NCBI RefSeq assembly: GCF_006345805.1
Contig: NW_021835514.1
Span: forward strand, 1-41,631
Length of the DNA: 41,631 nt
Source: Octopus sinensis
Taxonomy: Eukaryota
Reading direction: 5' to 3'
The notes beneath the pieces are model-generated. The model was not told where the DNA came from and searched no databases. It saw nothing but the letters and a program-made list of their open reading frames with translations. Shown one piece after another: positions 24,493-37,357 of this stretch (its first letter is position 1; the number at the start of each line of letters is the position of its first letter). The position numbers were made by a program, and so were the translations under genes.

Positions 24493-24984
24493 ATAAGTCT
24501 GCTACCCACTCAAAACAAAAAAAAGAAACAAAAACAAAAACGACAGCAGCAACAAAAACAACAATCAAACCGCCATAAACAAAAATCCCCACCACCACCA
24601 CCACCACTACAACAACAACAACAACAACAACAATTACAAGAACAATGACCATCATAACAACAACCACAGACGCCCACCCACCCCTAAGTCCAGGGCCAAC
24701 AAAACCACAACCAACAAAGCAACACTACAATAACAACCACCTCACCACACTAAGATCTTGTTTCCACCACCCGCCCCCAACATCCAACTAACTAACCCGC
24801 TACGCCCCACCACCACCACCACCACCACCACCACCACCTTAAACCTCATTGTATACACCAGTCATTGAATAGCAACCCTTTGAAGATGTCGGCTGACTAT
24901 TGAGGTGTGTCTGTGTAAAGACTAGTTTCTCTTATGGGTATGACTGTCTCCGTTGAGCAAGACTTGGACTGGTGTGTGCTCGCG

Positions 24985-25670
24985 ACGGCGGCGGCGGCCA
25001 TTGCCATCACGACGACGATGACGACCATCACCACCACCACCATCGACAACAACAACATCTTCACTATCATCACCGCCCCCACTACCGCACTCACCACTGC
25101 CCTCACTATCTCCCGCACCACCACAACCATCACTACCGCAACCACCACTACCACAACCACCACTATCACAACCGCCACCACCACAACCATCACCACCACC
25201 ACTACCACCACTGTTACAACCACCACCACCACAACCACCACTACCACTACAACCACCACCACAACCACCACCACCACCACAACCACCACTACCACCACTA
25301 TAACCAGCACCCTCAGCACCAGCACCACCACTACCACCACTACCACCACTACAACCACCACCACAACCACCACCGCTGCAACCATCACCATACTATCACA
25401 AAAACTACTTGAGAAACGAAAACACTTTCACCACCATGACTACCACCCATTCCTCATTCCTCTACCACATCTACCACCACTGCCACCACCACCACCACCA
25501 CCACCACCACCACCACCACCAACCACCACCACCACCACCACAGCCGCAGCCACCACCACCACCACCACATCTACCACCACTGCCACCACCACCACCACCA
25601 CCACCACCACCACCACAGCCTCAGCCACCACCACCACCACCACCACGACCACCACACCGCCACCGTCACC
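24985..25670. repeat. Imperfect (ACC/ACT/ACA)n array
   Basis: Direct inspection; source of the poly-Thr/His/Pro/Val ORFs. Confidence 0.95.
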
Positions 25671-26141
25671 AGTAAGTAACTCACCATTTCTACAATCGTT
25701 GACAATCCTTACCGCCTAACCCACCGTCACCGTCAAGACAGCCCCTACTTCTGCCGTCACGACGACGACGACGATGACAAATACGACAACGACCACCACC
25801 ACCCAATATTATCCTCCTCTCCCCCTCCACCTTGCATAACAACACTTGCTGCCCGTTATAGATACCTCTGTGAACCACTCATTATTTGTACTCATTCACG
25901 TTTCCAGTTCTGCCATAACTTCGTCATCGCTTCTGCGTATCATTGTATGCTTATGTCTGCAGGTATGTGTATGTGTATGTGTGTGTGTTATGTATGTGTT
26001 ATGTGTGTGATGGGTATCAATGCGTTTGCATGGAAAAAAACTTTACTCATACACAGAAGCTCACGCACGCACACATCCACACACATCCACACACACAAGC
26101 CACGGGCGCCCATATGCAAACAAATACGTATACATACATGC

Positions 26142-26172
<31 letters not shown>

Positions 26173-26434
26173 CTAGCCGTATCGCCCGGCAGTGCTCGGG
26201 TTTCTTTCGACCCTCAGAATTGGAATTTTTGAAAAAGTAAGAATTTTGCATTATGTAGCTTGCTATTCTCTTTAAGTGAACATTTTTCTGGTTGAAATAC
26301 ACCGAAAAATGGCGACACAGCAGTAAAAAATCGTAAAATATAGGGATTTTCATAGAAAAAAAAGCACCTTTTTGAAGTAAATAATTTTTGGTGTTGAACA
26401 TGGTCCGATTTGAATTTTTTCTTCTACGATAAAA

Positions 26435-26487
<53 letters not shown>

Positions 26488-26491
26488 ATCT

Positions 26492-26495
<4 letters not shown>
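26173..26495 (-). mobile_element. Non-autonomous Helitron
   Basis: Minus-strand 3' end cccgagcactgccggg-cgatacgg-CTAG|T at 26173; the 5' end lies in the (TA)/(TC) run near 26495 (approximate). Confidence 0.7.
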
Positions 26496-26524
<29 letters not shown>

Positions 26525-26699
26525 TATAGAAAGCCGTGTGCAATGTTTTCTATATTGATATAATATATATATATATATATTATATATATATATATTTCCT
26601 TCACGGCTTTCGTAGAGACTGCACGTATCCCATCTGTCTCTCTCTCTCTCTTCTATCTTTTCTCTTGTCAAAGAGAATATTTCTCCACCGTTCGATATT

Positions 26700-27020
26700 T
26701 TACGTTCTTCTGGTCTAACGACCTTCCATGTTTGTTTTCCTTCGGTTCCTTGTATGTCTCTACTTTCCCGTTTTTGTTACCAAGTTTGACATTCCGCAAA
26801 TCCCAAATTTTATTTTGGTTTTCGGGAGCAACTGCCTTCGAAGACTCATCTTGTTGTTCAATGCTCGAAATGAGGAGTAGATGGACAGTCGACAACGGAA
26901 GAAGGGTCGTTCTTTATGTTACTTGTCCTGTTTTCCATTTGTTTCTCTCTTTGTTTATGTATTCAACTCTTTTGTTTTCGTAATTCATGTTGTTTACGGT
27001 TTGTGACGTCCTGTACCCAT
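26700..27020 (+). repeat. Dispersed repeat related to 33970-34215 (opposite strand); possibly Penelope-like terminal sequence
   Basis: Shared order of motifs ..tcgaaa..ggagt.gatg..gaagaaggg..gtcctgt..gtcctgtacccat. Confidence 0.4.
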
Positions 27021-27246
27021 TTATGCATATGTACATGTGTATGTATGTATATATACATACACATGTATATATGCACATATATACAAAGGGGTAGCAAAGG
27101 GGAGAAAAAAGAAGGAAAACGGGCAGTGCCGGCGGTTAATACACTGCCGGTATGTCCCGAAGTCCCGTCGGTGGGAATTTGTACTACCGACAGTGGAAGT
27201 TATGGCCTCGACCCATGTGGAGGAATAATTTTTGGTCTTCTTCCAC

Positions 27247-27658
27247 AGGCGCAGGAGTGGCTGTGTGGTAAGTAGCTTGTTTACCAACCACATGGTTCCG
27301 GGTTCAGTCCCACTGCGTGGCACCTTGGGCAAGTATCTTCTACTATAGCCTCGGGTCGACCAAAGCCTTGTGAGTGGATTTGGTAGACGGAAACTGAAAG
27401 AAGCCCGTCGTATATATGTATATTTATGTATGTGCGTGTATGTTTGTGTGTCTGTGTTTGTCCCTCTAGCATTGCTTGACAACCGATGCTGGTGTGTTGA
27501 CGTCCCCGTCACTTAGCGGTTCGGCAAAAGAAACCGATAGAATAAGTACTGGGCTTACAAAGAATAAGTCCCGGGGTCGAGTTGCTCGACTAAAGGCGGT
27601 GCTCCAGCATGGCCGCAGTCAAAATGACTGAAACAAGTAAAAAGAGAAAAAGAGAAAA
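27247..27658 (+). mobile_element. SINE family A, full length
   Basis: Complete family match. Confidence 0.92.
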
Positions 27659-28187
27659 TGAGGGGAGAAGCGATGGGAAAGTTTACTAAAAAGTTTGCCA
27701 GAGGAGGAGACATAACCTGCATTAAAGATCCTGGATGGCCTCCGCAGGTAGCAGTGGAGGTCATCTCAGATACGGATCTCATCAAAGTAATAAACGCCTT
27801 CGCAGAAGATGTATTCCGCTTCCGATTAAGGCGCCCTGAATTGGCACTATCGGGGTGCCAAAGTGACGCTTTGAGCCTGGTCGGGTGCCGGCAGGGCGGA
27901 AAATAGTAAAAATTAAGAGGCTTAGTGCCTCATTGTAAAGACCTTGTGTCCAATGGAACATTATTAAGAGGTTTATTACCCCAAATTGTATGTTTTGTAA
28001 AAGAACAATGATTTTAGAGAAGCAGAGATCGGTGGGCGTTGTCTGCTTTCCCTCATTAATACCAGTTCTTTTTTCATTTTTCATCTCATTAATGTTATTG
28101 TCCAGCCTGCAGCAACTACTTCTATATAATGCCTTGGCAACAAATTGAATGAAATAACATATGTACATACACACACACACACGCACG

Positions 28188-28269
<82 letters not shown>

Positions 28270-28270
<1 letters not shown>

Positions 28271-28822
28271 TGGCTGCCCCCTCGTTATCGAGTGTGGCCA
28301 TTGCACGAAGCTTAATCAATGTTGTTATCGTGCAATGCCTGTGCAAGAAGATTTTTTTTAAAGTGAGGAAAGGCTGTGCACTGAGTCAATCCCACTCACT
28401 AAGCAACAGCAGCCATAATCCGAAAAGAAGAACAAGTCAGCATCATCGGTAACCACTGAGCTGCAGGTTTTATGTCAGAGTTATCCCAGTTACCTGAGTT
28501 ACCTTCTCCTAGAAGGATGCCCTAACAAAGGCTGGGAGTCCTTCACTCCCAATGGTTTAACCGCGCGATCGGGTATTCAGTCCGATTATGTCTATGTCCC
28601 CGCGCATGATTCAGCCTTAAGACACTTATTGGATGGCCATTGACTCTCAAGAGTTCCTCCGCCCTTTGACGGGTTTTGTTTTTCATCCCGCAGGGTGTCC
28701 AATAAACACCCTCCTCACCAAGCAAGCTTGGTGGGGTTGCCGGTTTAGTCACAAACGACCCAACCATGCAACAGGTTGTACTGGGTTACATGTTACCAGT
28801 AGCACTCGAAAGTGACCTGACA
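28270..28822 (-). mobile_element. Probable RTE-clade LINE 5' untranslated region
   Basis: Minus strand ..cccagcctttgttagggcatccttctaggagaaggtaactc.. resembles RTE 5' UTRs (recalled motif); hairpin-rich 5' end; (TA)n flanks. Confidence 0.5.
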
Positions 28823-28855
28823 TATATATTATTTATATAATTTGATTTACAAGTA

Positions 28856-28900
<45 letters not shown>

Positions 28901-28929
28901 GTATACATACACAAGCATGCACATAGATG

Positions 28930-29150
28930 CCAAACAAGGTGGAAAATTAGTACTCGAATACCAAAAGCAGAGAAAAATGCATTTTTATTAAAATGGAAAA
29001 AAAATTCGCAAACTATTACGTAGAGTTTCTCGTGATCATCTCTCAGACAGTTGTGATAATATAGAATAATGGAATTTCATTTTTCTGACGAACGATCATG
29101 TGAAAATCTGAGAAGCAGCTAGTGCATTTTTTTACGGTCTTCAAAAGTAC
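28930..29150. mobile_element. Second copy of the 3199-type insert, with two inverted hammerhead-like motifs
   Basis: Homology to 3221-3330; motifs at about 29012-29053 (-) and 29085-29115 (+); (TA)n flanks. Confidence 0.55.
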
Positions 29151-29176
29151 TACATATATATTTCAAAAATAATGTA

Positions 29177-29214
<38 letters not shown>

Positions 29215-29298
29215 ATCTTTCTATATCATGTAATTTTTCTAAATGGTATAATTTAATATTTCATTATTGAATTGATAAAAGGTGGTCTTTTTTTTCTA

Positions 29299-29371
<73 letters not shown>

Positions 29372-29685
29372 GTGGGTATGCGGGCTCGTATGTGTAGGTA
29401 TGGACAGGCGTGCTTACGTGATTACTATGAACATTTTCACTCCCTTACCTTTACTCCCTTTCCTCACTTTGCGGTCATTCTGATAGCTCTTTTGTGTTAA
29501 TAACGGTCAATCACAGTAATTTTCCTTTATTTAATGGTCATTTTCATAGCATTTTTTCGATGGCCGGATAACGGAAAAGAAGGAGTCGTGGGTTTCCGCC
29601 CCGGCATCCGAAACTCGGAGTTTTATCATGGCTACCGAATAATTGTCACATTTTATATTTACAGATACATACATACATACATACA

Positions 29686-29722
<37 letters not shown>

Positions 29723-30004
29723 ATATATATATATGAGGTGTTTAGTTCATTGGTGATCTAAATGAATAAGTACGCAAATTAAATTCATGCAAACACTAGT
29801 CTTAAAAAACACATCTCTAAACTCAATCCCGGGAGTGGGGACATGCACCACTACTAGAAAAATTAACCCTTCCACTATAGATAGACAAACTAAATCCCCG
29901 CAAGAAACCTGGTAAGTCCTCAGGTGAGACGCTCTCGTCCGCCCTACACTCACTAACAAATACTATAGATTACACTTCCCATATATGGCCTACTAAAAGC
30001 GGGG

Positions 30005-31480
30005 GTAGATCGATTCTCTGGCTTATATCCCCATTCGCTTTAAACGTTAAGGGCTTAGCCAAAACCGACTTTCAAATAGTAGACTTTAACTTGCCACGTC
30101 ACCATAAATACCACCCAATATTCAATAGATCTACCATAAAATTATCCTATTCCTCTCCACTGAATATGGAATCTATTGTTACCTCTTTCAATAAACGTAA
30201 ACGTTAAGGGCTTAGCCAAAACCGACTTTCAAATAGTAGACTTTAACTTGCCACGTCACCATAAATACCATCCAAAATTCAATAGATCTACCATAAAATT
30301 ATCCTATTCCTCTCCACTGAATATGGAATCTATTGTTACCTCTTTCAATAAACGTAAACGTTAAGGGCTTAGCCAAAACCGACTTTCAAATAGTAGACTT
30401 TAACTTGCCACGTCACTATAAATACCATCCAAAATTCAATAGATCTACCATAAAATTATCCTATTCCTCTCCACTGAATATGGAATCTATTGTTACCTCT
30501 TTCAATAAACGTAAACGTTAAGGGCTTAGCCAAAACCGACTTTCAAATAGTAGACTTTAACTTGCCACGTCACTATAAATACCATCCAAAATTCAATAGA
30601 TCTACCATAAAATTATCCTATTCCTCTCCACTGAATATGGAATCTATTGTTACCTCTTTCAATAAACGTAAACGTTAAGGGCTTAGCCAAAACCGACTTT
30701 CAAATAGTAGACTTTAACTTGTCACGTCACCATAAATACCATCCAATATTCAATAGATCTACCATAAAATTATCCTATTCCTCTCCACTGAATATGGAAT
30801 CTATTGTTACCTCTTTCAATAAACGTAAACGTTAAGGGCTTAGCCAAAACCGACTTTCAAATAGTAGACTTTAACTTGCCACGTCACCATAAATACCACC
30901 CAAAATTCAATAGATCTACCATAAAATTATCCTATTCCCTCCACTGAATAATGGAATCTATGTTACCTCTTTCAATAAACGTAAACGTTAAGGGCTTAGC
31001 CAAAACCGACTTTCAAATAGTAGACTTTAACTTGCCACGTCACTATAAATACCACCCAATATTCAATAGATCTACCATAAAATTATCCTATTCCTCTCCA
31101 CTGAATATGGAATCTATTGTTACCTCTTTCAATAAACGTAAACGTTAAGGGCTTAGCCAAAACCGACTTTCAAATAGTAGACTTTAACTTGCCACGTCAC
31201 TATAAATACCACCCAATATTCAATAGATCTACCATAAAATTATCCTATTCCTCTCCACTGAATATGGAATCTATTGTTACCTCTTTCAATAAACGTAAAC
31301 GTTAAGGGCTTAGCCAAAACCGACTTTCAAATAGTAGACTTTAACTTGCCACGTCACTATAAATACCACCCAATATTCAATAGATCTACCATAAAATTAT
31401 CCTATTCCTCTCCACTGAATATGGAATCTATTGTTACCTCTTTCAATAAACGTAAACGTAATTCCTTCTACCTAAATATA
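30005..31480 (+). mobile_element. Penelope-like element coding remnant (RT-to-GIY-YIG linker), tandemly amplified
   Basis: GRSILWLISPFALNVK..KTDFQIVDFNLPRHHKYHPIFNRSTIKLSYSSPLNMESIVTSFNKRK matches the recalled PLE motif IIWFNPP(Y/F)S.NV.T..GK.F...D..FP..H..HKIFNR.T.K.SYSC..NM..II..HN. Confidence 0.75.
30042..31459 (+). repeat. Tandem array: 9 units of 157 bp (unit 6 is 156 bp)
   Basis: Unit starts aaacgttaag at 30042, 30199, 30356, 30513, 30670, 30827, 30983, 31140 and 31297; partial aaacgt at 31454. Confidence 0.98.
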
Positions 31481-31718
31481 TATAATCATAGCATAGGTCA
31501 AAGCCACGAAAACGCTAAGACCGTCATTGATAGCATACATCACACTCGCAACCCTAGCACTACAACCAGAGTTTACCTAGCTACAAACTTTCCTCTCTTC
31601 CAACGAAGATCGAAGTGAAGCTGAGGTAAAATGTTGATACTAATAGCACCACCACTAATACTAATGTTAATAACTCTAATACGACGACGACGACCACCAC
31701 CACCACCACACCACCACC

Positions 31719-31751
<33 letters not shown>

Positions 31752-31989
31752 TTAAAAATAATAATAATAAGACCAGTACTACTACTAATAATAACAACAA
31801 CAACGATGATGATGATGATGATGATGATGATAATAATAACTCTAATAGCAAGAGGGGCCTCATATCAGTGAGGGGCCTCATATCGGTGCGCATTGATGCC
31901 GTCGAGAGGTAGGCCCCGAAACGGCGCGCATTCTCTCCTGATGACCCCATACACTTGCTAGCTTCCGGTATACGGAGCTTTTAACTGGT

Positions 31990-32243
<254 letters not shown>

Positions 32244-32470
32244 TAGTTAGTTAAAGAGTTGGCGCTAACTCCAAACAACCACATCATTGTATCGCATCGA
32301 ATCAGCGAACGTAACGTAACGCCACGCTACGCCACACCTCGCCGCGCCGCGCCGCGGCACACCGCGTAACAACGCGCAACACTACACCATACCGCGCACC
32401 ACACCACTACCACTACCACTACCACACCACACTGCAACACATACTACTACACCATTTAATCTTTAATAAG

Positions 32471-32620
32471 GCGAACGGGCGGGATCTGGGGTTGACTGAA
32501 AAAGTTGTTTCCATTTTCTTTGAAGTGCTCCAACTGTTGATTAACCCCCAAGATCAGATCCGCGATAAAGGGCTGCGCATCACTCAACATCGCTCTACCT
32601 CCACCCCCCAGCCTCCACAG
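32471..32620 (+). CDS. Candidate internal coding exon of an unknown gene (50 codons, phase 0-0)
   Basis: tttaatctttaataag| ... ccacag|gtacac; open frame [50 protein letters not shown]; non-repetitive and GC-richer than the background. No homology recognised. Confidence 0.25.
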
Positions 32621-32812
32621 GTACACGCACACACGTGTGCATATCCTGATATGATGATGCTGTGTGCGCGTGTGTGTGTGTGCGTGTGGGTGTATACATA
32701 CGTACTCACACACACGCACAAACATACACACACACACGTGTGTAGATAGGCAAAAATGCTCATGCGCATATGCTTCGTACGCATGTATGTATGGGTGATG
32801 TATGCATGTATG

Positions 32813-32870
<58 letters not shown>

Positions 32871-33777
32871 GACAGACAGACATACATATATGCTTATATA
32901 TGTATATATGTATGTATGTATATATATGTGTGTGTATATATATATATGTATGTAAGTGTGTGTATATATAAATATATATATATATAGAGAGAGAGAGAGA
33001 GTGAGAGAGAGGGGGAGAGAGAGAGACAGACGTACATATATGCTTATATATGTATATATATATATACACACACTTACATACATATATGTATATATGTATA
33101 TATATATATATATATAGTATATATATATATACATATATGTATATATGTATATATGTATGTATGTATATATACATATATATATGTATAATACACACATATA
33201 CACACACACACATGTATATATATATTCCTTCATATCAACATCGAGAAAGATAACAGAGAACACATGTTACACCTAAGGGTGTGCACATTGCTATCAAGAA
33301 CAAACCTGCGCTGTATGTTATGCCTTCTGTACAGTAATTAGCTATCTATTCTGCACTGTTCCTATTTTCCCTCGTAATTCATAGATCGCTTTTTAGATGC
33401 CCACACCCATATAAGCATGTGCGCACACACGGACATATATTCAATCGCACACGCTTTGAGACGAGATATGCCTATACACGTACGCACGCGACACACACAC
33501 ACACACACACATACACACACACGCACGCACGCACACACGCACGCACATACACGTACATACACGTACACATGCACATCGAAACTGGGTTATATGTGTGTAA
33601 GTGCGTGTGTTTGTGTCTGTGTCCATGTGTTTATGTGTGTGTGGGGGGGGTGCGCGTGTGTGTGTGTGTGTGTGTGTATGCATACAAGCATAGGTAAGTG
33701 GTTAAGAAGTTCGCATGAGAAACGTGGACTTATTTCTTTTTAAAATATTGCAGTTTTGCAACTTCATATATATATTC

Positions 33778-33843
<66 letters not shown>

Positions 33844-33969
33844 ACAATCTTACTTAGAAAGGGATGCGTGCGTTCTGTCATATAATAAATTAATAAATAA
33901 ATAAAATATATGCATATATATATACATATATGTACGTACCTACCTCTACATGTATATATACATGCATAT

Positions 33970-34215
33970 ATGGGTACAGGACACCAAAAAAACGTCGAAC
34001 ACAATGAGAAACGAAAACATAAACACAAAAGCAAGGAAATGGACACTTTTTTAAAACAACGAAAAAATAGAGTACAGGACTTACAAAGCAAGGAAAATTC
34101 CCCTTCTTCAGTCGCCTTAATTTCATCAACTCCACGTTTCGAAGGTCAAGGCGATACATGTCTTCAATGAAATTTTCCTTCCCGCGAAAATCAAATTAAA
34201 TAAAATTTGAGGCTT
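33970..34215 (-). repeat. Dispersed repeat related to 26700-27020
   Basis: Shared motif order on the opposite strand. Confidence 0.4.
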
Positions 34216-34379
34216 TTTTGCGGTACTCTTAGAGCCGGGAACTTTTCAGCATCCCCTCCTACATACATACTTACACGAGTGTACATATTTGTATAAAGGA
34301 GTGAGCGTAAAAAATGAAATAAAGAAGCTCTCAGCACACTTGATGGGAGTTACGTGTCTGCTCTGGCTCCGCACATCTG

Positions 34380-34578
34380 ATGAGGTGAACATGGAATAAG
34401 CTGCCGGACGAGATAAGGAAGATGCCGACGACCGCTCGGTTCAAAGTCTCTCTTGACCAGAAATGGCCTGAACTCTTTGTATGACCACCCTCCCTGTACA
34501 TAACTCCCTGTCCCCCTACATGGCCTTGCTTTTACTTTTTGAGCCAATAAAAATTGAATTGAATTAAATTGAATTGAA
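34380..34578 (+). mobile_element. CR1/L2-group LINE 3' end
   Basis: WNKLPDEIRKMPTTARFKVSLDQKWPELFV* (WNxLP..FK..LD motif), short UTR, aataaa, (AATTG)n tail. Confidence 0.75.
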
Positions 34579-34738
34579 ATGTTCTACTTCTACGAAACTT
34601 CAAGTAGCTTGGAACTGAGTCAAAATGTTATTAACCACGCACGCACCCCCCTACACACACATACACAAACACGCAAACGCACACACACACACAACCTATT
34701 TTGGACTCACCAAATTTCATTCGAATTACTATGGAGGT

Positions 34739-35303
34739 GCCCCTAGCAAGCTCTCCGTAGAGTATGTCCTTGGGGATTCTGCCATCTTTCATACGGCTAA
34801 CATGTCCAAGCCATCTCATGCGTCTTTGTGTGAGGAGTGCAAACATGCTTGGTATTCCTGCTTGCTTGAGGACATCTTTGTTGGGGACATGATTCTGCCA
34901 TTTGATGCCTAGGGGCACTAGGTCTGTGGGAAAACCGTTCTTACGTTACAAGGATGTTTGCAAAAGGGACATGAAGGCCTGCAACATCAATATTAGCAAC
35001 TGGGAGGCAGCTGTCAGCAACCGTGGAGATTGGCGACGTAACGTAAAAGAGGGAACACGAAGGAGTGACAGAGAGAGAGAGGAGAAATGGAAAGACAAGA
35101 AGACATCAACAAGAAACTATGACATTACAACCAGTCAGGCAAAATCTTCGCTACATTTGCGGTACCTGCTAGAGGGAGTGTTTGTCCAGGAGAGGACTAC
35201 ACAGCCACAGCAGGAAATATATTAGAACATGAAATGTAAAAGCCGGACTAGATTATTTTATGCGCAACTCCATTGTCTCCCGAGACAAAAAGGATGCCAA
35301 CAA
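34739..35303 (+). mobile_element. RTE-BovB-type LINE, 5'-truncated with inverted 5' segment
   Basis: Minus 34910-34737: LGIKWQNHVPNKDVL..RRMRWLGHVSRMKDGRIPKDILYGELARGT. Plus from 34909: RGTRSVGKPFLRYKDVCKRDMK. 11-bp TSD actatggaggt (34728-34738 and 35304-35314). Confidence 0.92.
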
Positions 35304-35809
35304 ACTATGGAGGTAAGATCCGATTACTTTCCCACGTGGTTAATGATAATTGAACTGACCGGCGCCCTGTTCAAGGAAATGTTATGCCCTCGGTCACTTA
35401 AACATCATGGAAACGGGTAACCAGCCTTGTGAGTTCTAGGGTTCGAGATAAAGAAAAACGACATTACTTGGCTCGTACAATTTCAGATCCTTTACAAACA
35501 AAAAGTAGGACATGTTTCTGTAAAAACTATTACTTGAGCAGATATGGCAACGAGTTTAATGAGATGAGAAAGAGCGCTACTTACAAAATATCGCCTTGCA
35601 GGATTCCTCTTTGGTAATACATGGTATTAGAGAAGTAACACGGTGCACCAATTCGTAATTTGCTGCCGAGGATCACCTACCGGAGTTTGTAACACCTTGA
35701 TAATTTACCTGTGTAGTGTAGTTTCAGTAACTGGTAGTTCAACCGCACCAGAGCTAAGTTTCTGCAATTCTTAACTGTTTTTCTTTTTTCTATGAACATA
35801 TTGATTATT

Positions 35810-36119
35810 GTGGAGGCGCAATGGCCCAGTGGTTAGGGCAGCGGACTCGCGGGTGTAGGATCGCGGTTTCGATTCCCAGACCGGGCGTTGTGAGTGTTTA
35901 TTGAGCGAAAAAAAAAACACCTAAAGCTCCACGAGGCTCCGGCAGGGGATGGTGGCGATCCCTGCTGTACTCTTTCGCCACAGCTTTCTCTCACTCTTTT
36001 TTCTGTTGGCCTGCTCGCTTAGCCAGCGGGGTGGCGTCATTTGAAGGCAAAAAGAATGCGAAGCGCATTGTGACCAGCGATGTGTAACAACATCTGATAG
36101 CCTGGTCGGTCACGGTGAT
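35810..36119 (+). mobile_element. tRNA-derived SINE family B (alternative tail)
   Basis: Head and body as in 5635-6025; different 3' region. Confidence 0.85.
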
Positions 36120-36720
36120 TATTAGTTACACTAGCACGGTTTCATACTCCATTCTTTCCTCCAGCTTTCTTTGGTGTTATGCAGAGTCTTTGGGTTGCAT
36201 TTGACAGTTTGCATAACAAGAAAAGAAAACACGATATCTCGAAAATTTAAAAAATCAAAAAATATCAACTAAATTATAGTTGGGAGATAACAGTTTACTC
36301 TAAGTAGCTACCCTCAGCTTCACTCGCAGCTTCAAGACGGCTCCAGAACCTGGCGCATACGTGCCTCAATTTGACCTTTGGATGATCTTCGAACCGAACA
36401 CCTCCTTGATCTTGACACCAACTCGGCTTGGTATCGAAGGCAGAGTGACTTTTATCATTCTGAATAGCGTTCTACATAGAGTAATCCATAGAGTTATAGT
36501 CGGAGGATTTAGCAGGCCAGAAATTGGGGCTGGCAAAGCTGTAGAAATTTCCTGACAGCTATTTTTGACACTTTCCGGTGGTGTGGTAAGTAGCCGAACC
36601 CTGCTGCCACACAAATGGCCGTTCAGCAGCAACCCTCTCCGGCCAGGATTTGAACACAATCTCTAGTAGCATCACACAACCTTCTGAATTGAGTCTAAGA
36701 TCCTGTTCAAATATGTACGC

Positions 36721-36941
36721 TTACTCTTTTTTACTCTTTTACTTTTTTCAGTCATTTGACTGCGGCCATGCTGGAGCACCACCTTTAATCGACCACATCG
36801 ACCCCAGGACTTATTCTTTGTAAACCTAGTACTTATTCTATCGGCCTCTTTTTGCCAAATCGCTAAGTTACGAAGACGTAAACACACCAGCATCGGTTGT
36901 CAAGCGATGTTGGGGAGGGGGACACATACACACAAACATAT

Positions 36942-36973
<32 letters not shown>

Positions 36974-37153
36974 TATATATATATATACACGACGGGCTTC
37001 TTCCAGTTTCCGTCTACCAAATCCACTCACAAGGATTTGGTCGGCCCGAGGCTATAGTAGAAGACACTTGCCCAAGGTGCCACGCAGTGGGACTGAACCC
37101 GGAACCATGTAGTTCGTAAGGAAGCTACTTACCACACAGCCACTCCTACGCCT
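36721..37153 (-). mobile_element. SINE family A, full length
   Basis: Complete reverse-complement match. Confidence 0.92.
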
Positions 37154-37357
37154 GTGGGAAAGAATTTTGATGCAGCTGTCTGTATCACGTCTTACAGCCT
37201 TTAGAGTGTTTACAGAGCACTGTAAGCAGTCGTGATGTCGGCATTTTGATACCTGGCGCAAATCATCACCATGCAGGTAACTCTTTTCCAGTATTCAGAT
37301 GGCTTTCAGTCGTCCATATCAACTACAAATCTAATCTTTATGCTCTCCTACGCCGTT

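Noticed and set aside
24934-25719. 261-aa Thr-rich mucin-like ORF
   Set aside because: Almost entirely (ACC)n repeat, open in several frames on both strands, and no clear signal peptide.
27658-27906. 82-aa ORF with faint HTH-like character
   Set aside because: Starts inside a SINE tail and has no convincing motif.
30042-31459. CRISPR array or tandem small-protein genes
   Set aside because: Units are contiguous near-identical 157-mers with no unique spacers. The repeated 62-aa ORFs begin at non-ATG codons and are frameshifted PLE remnants.
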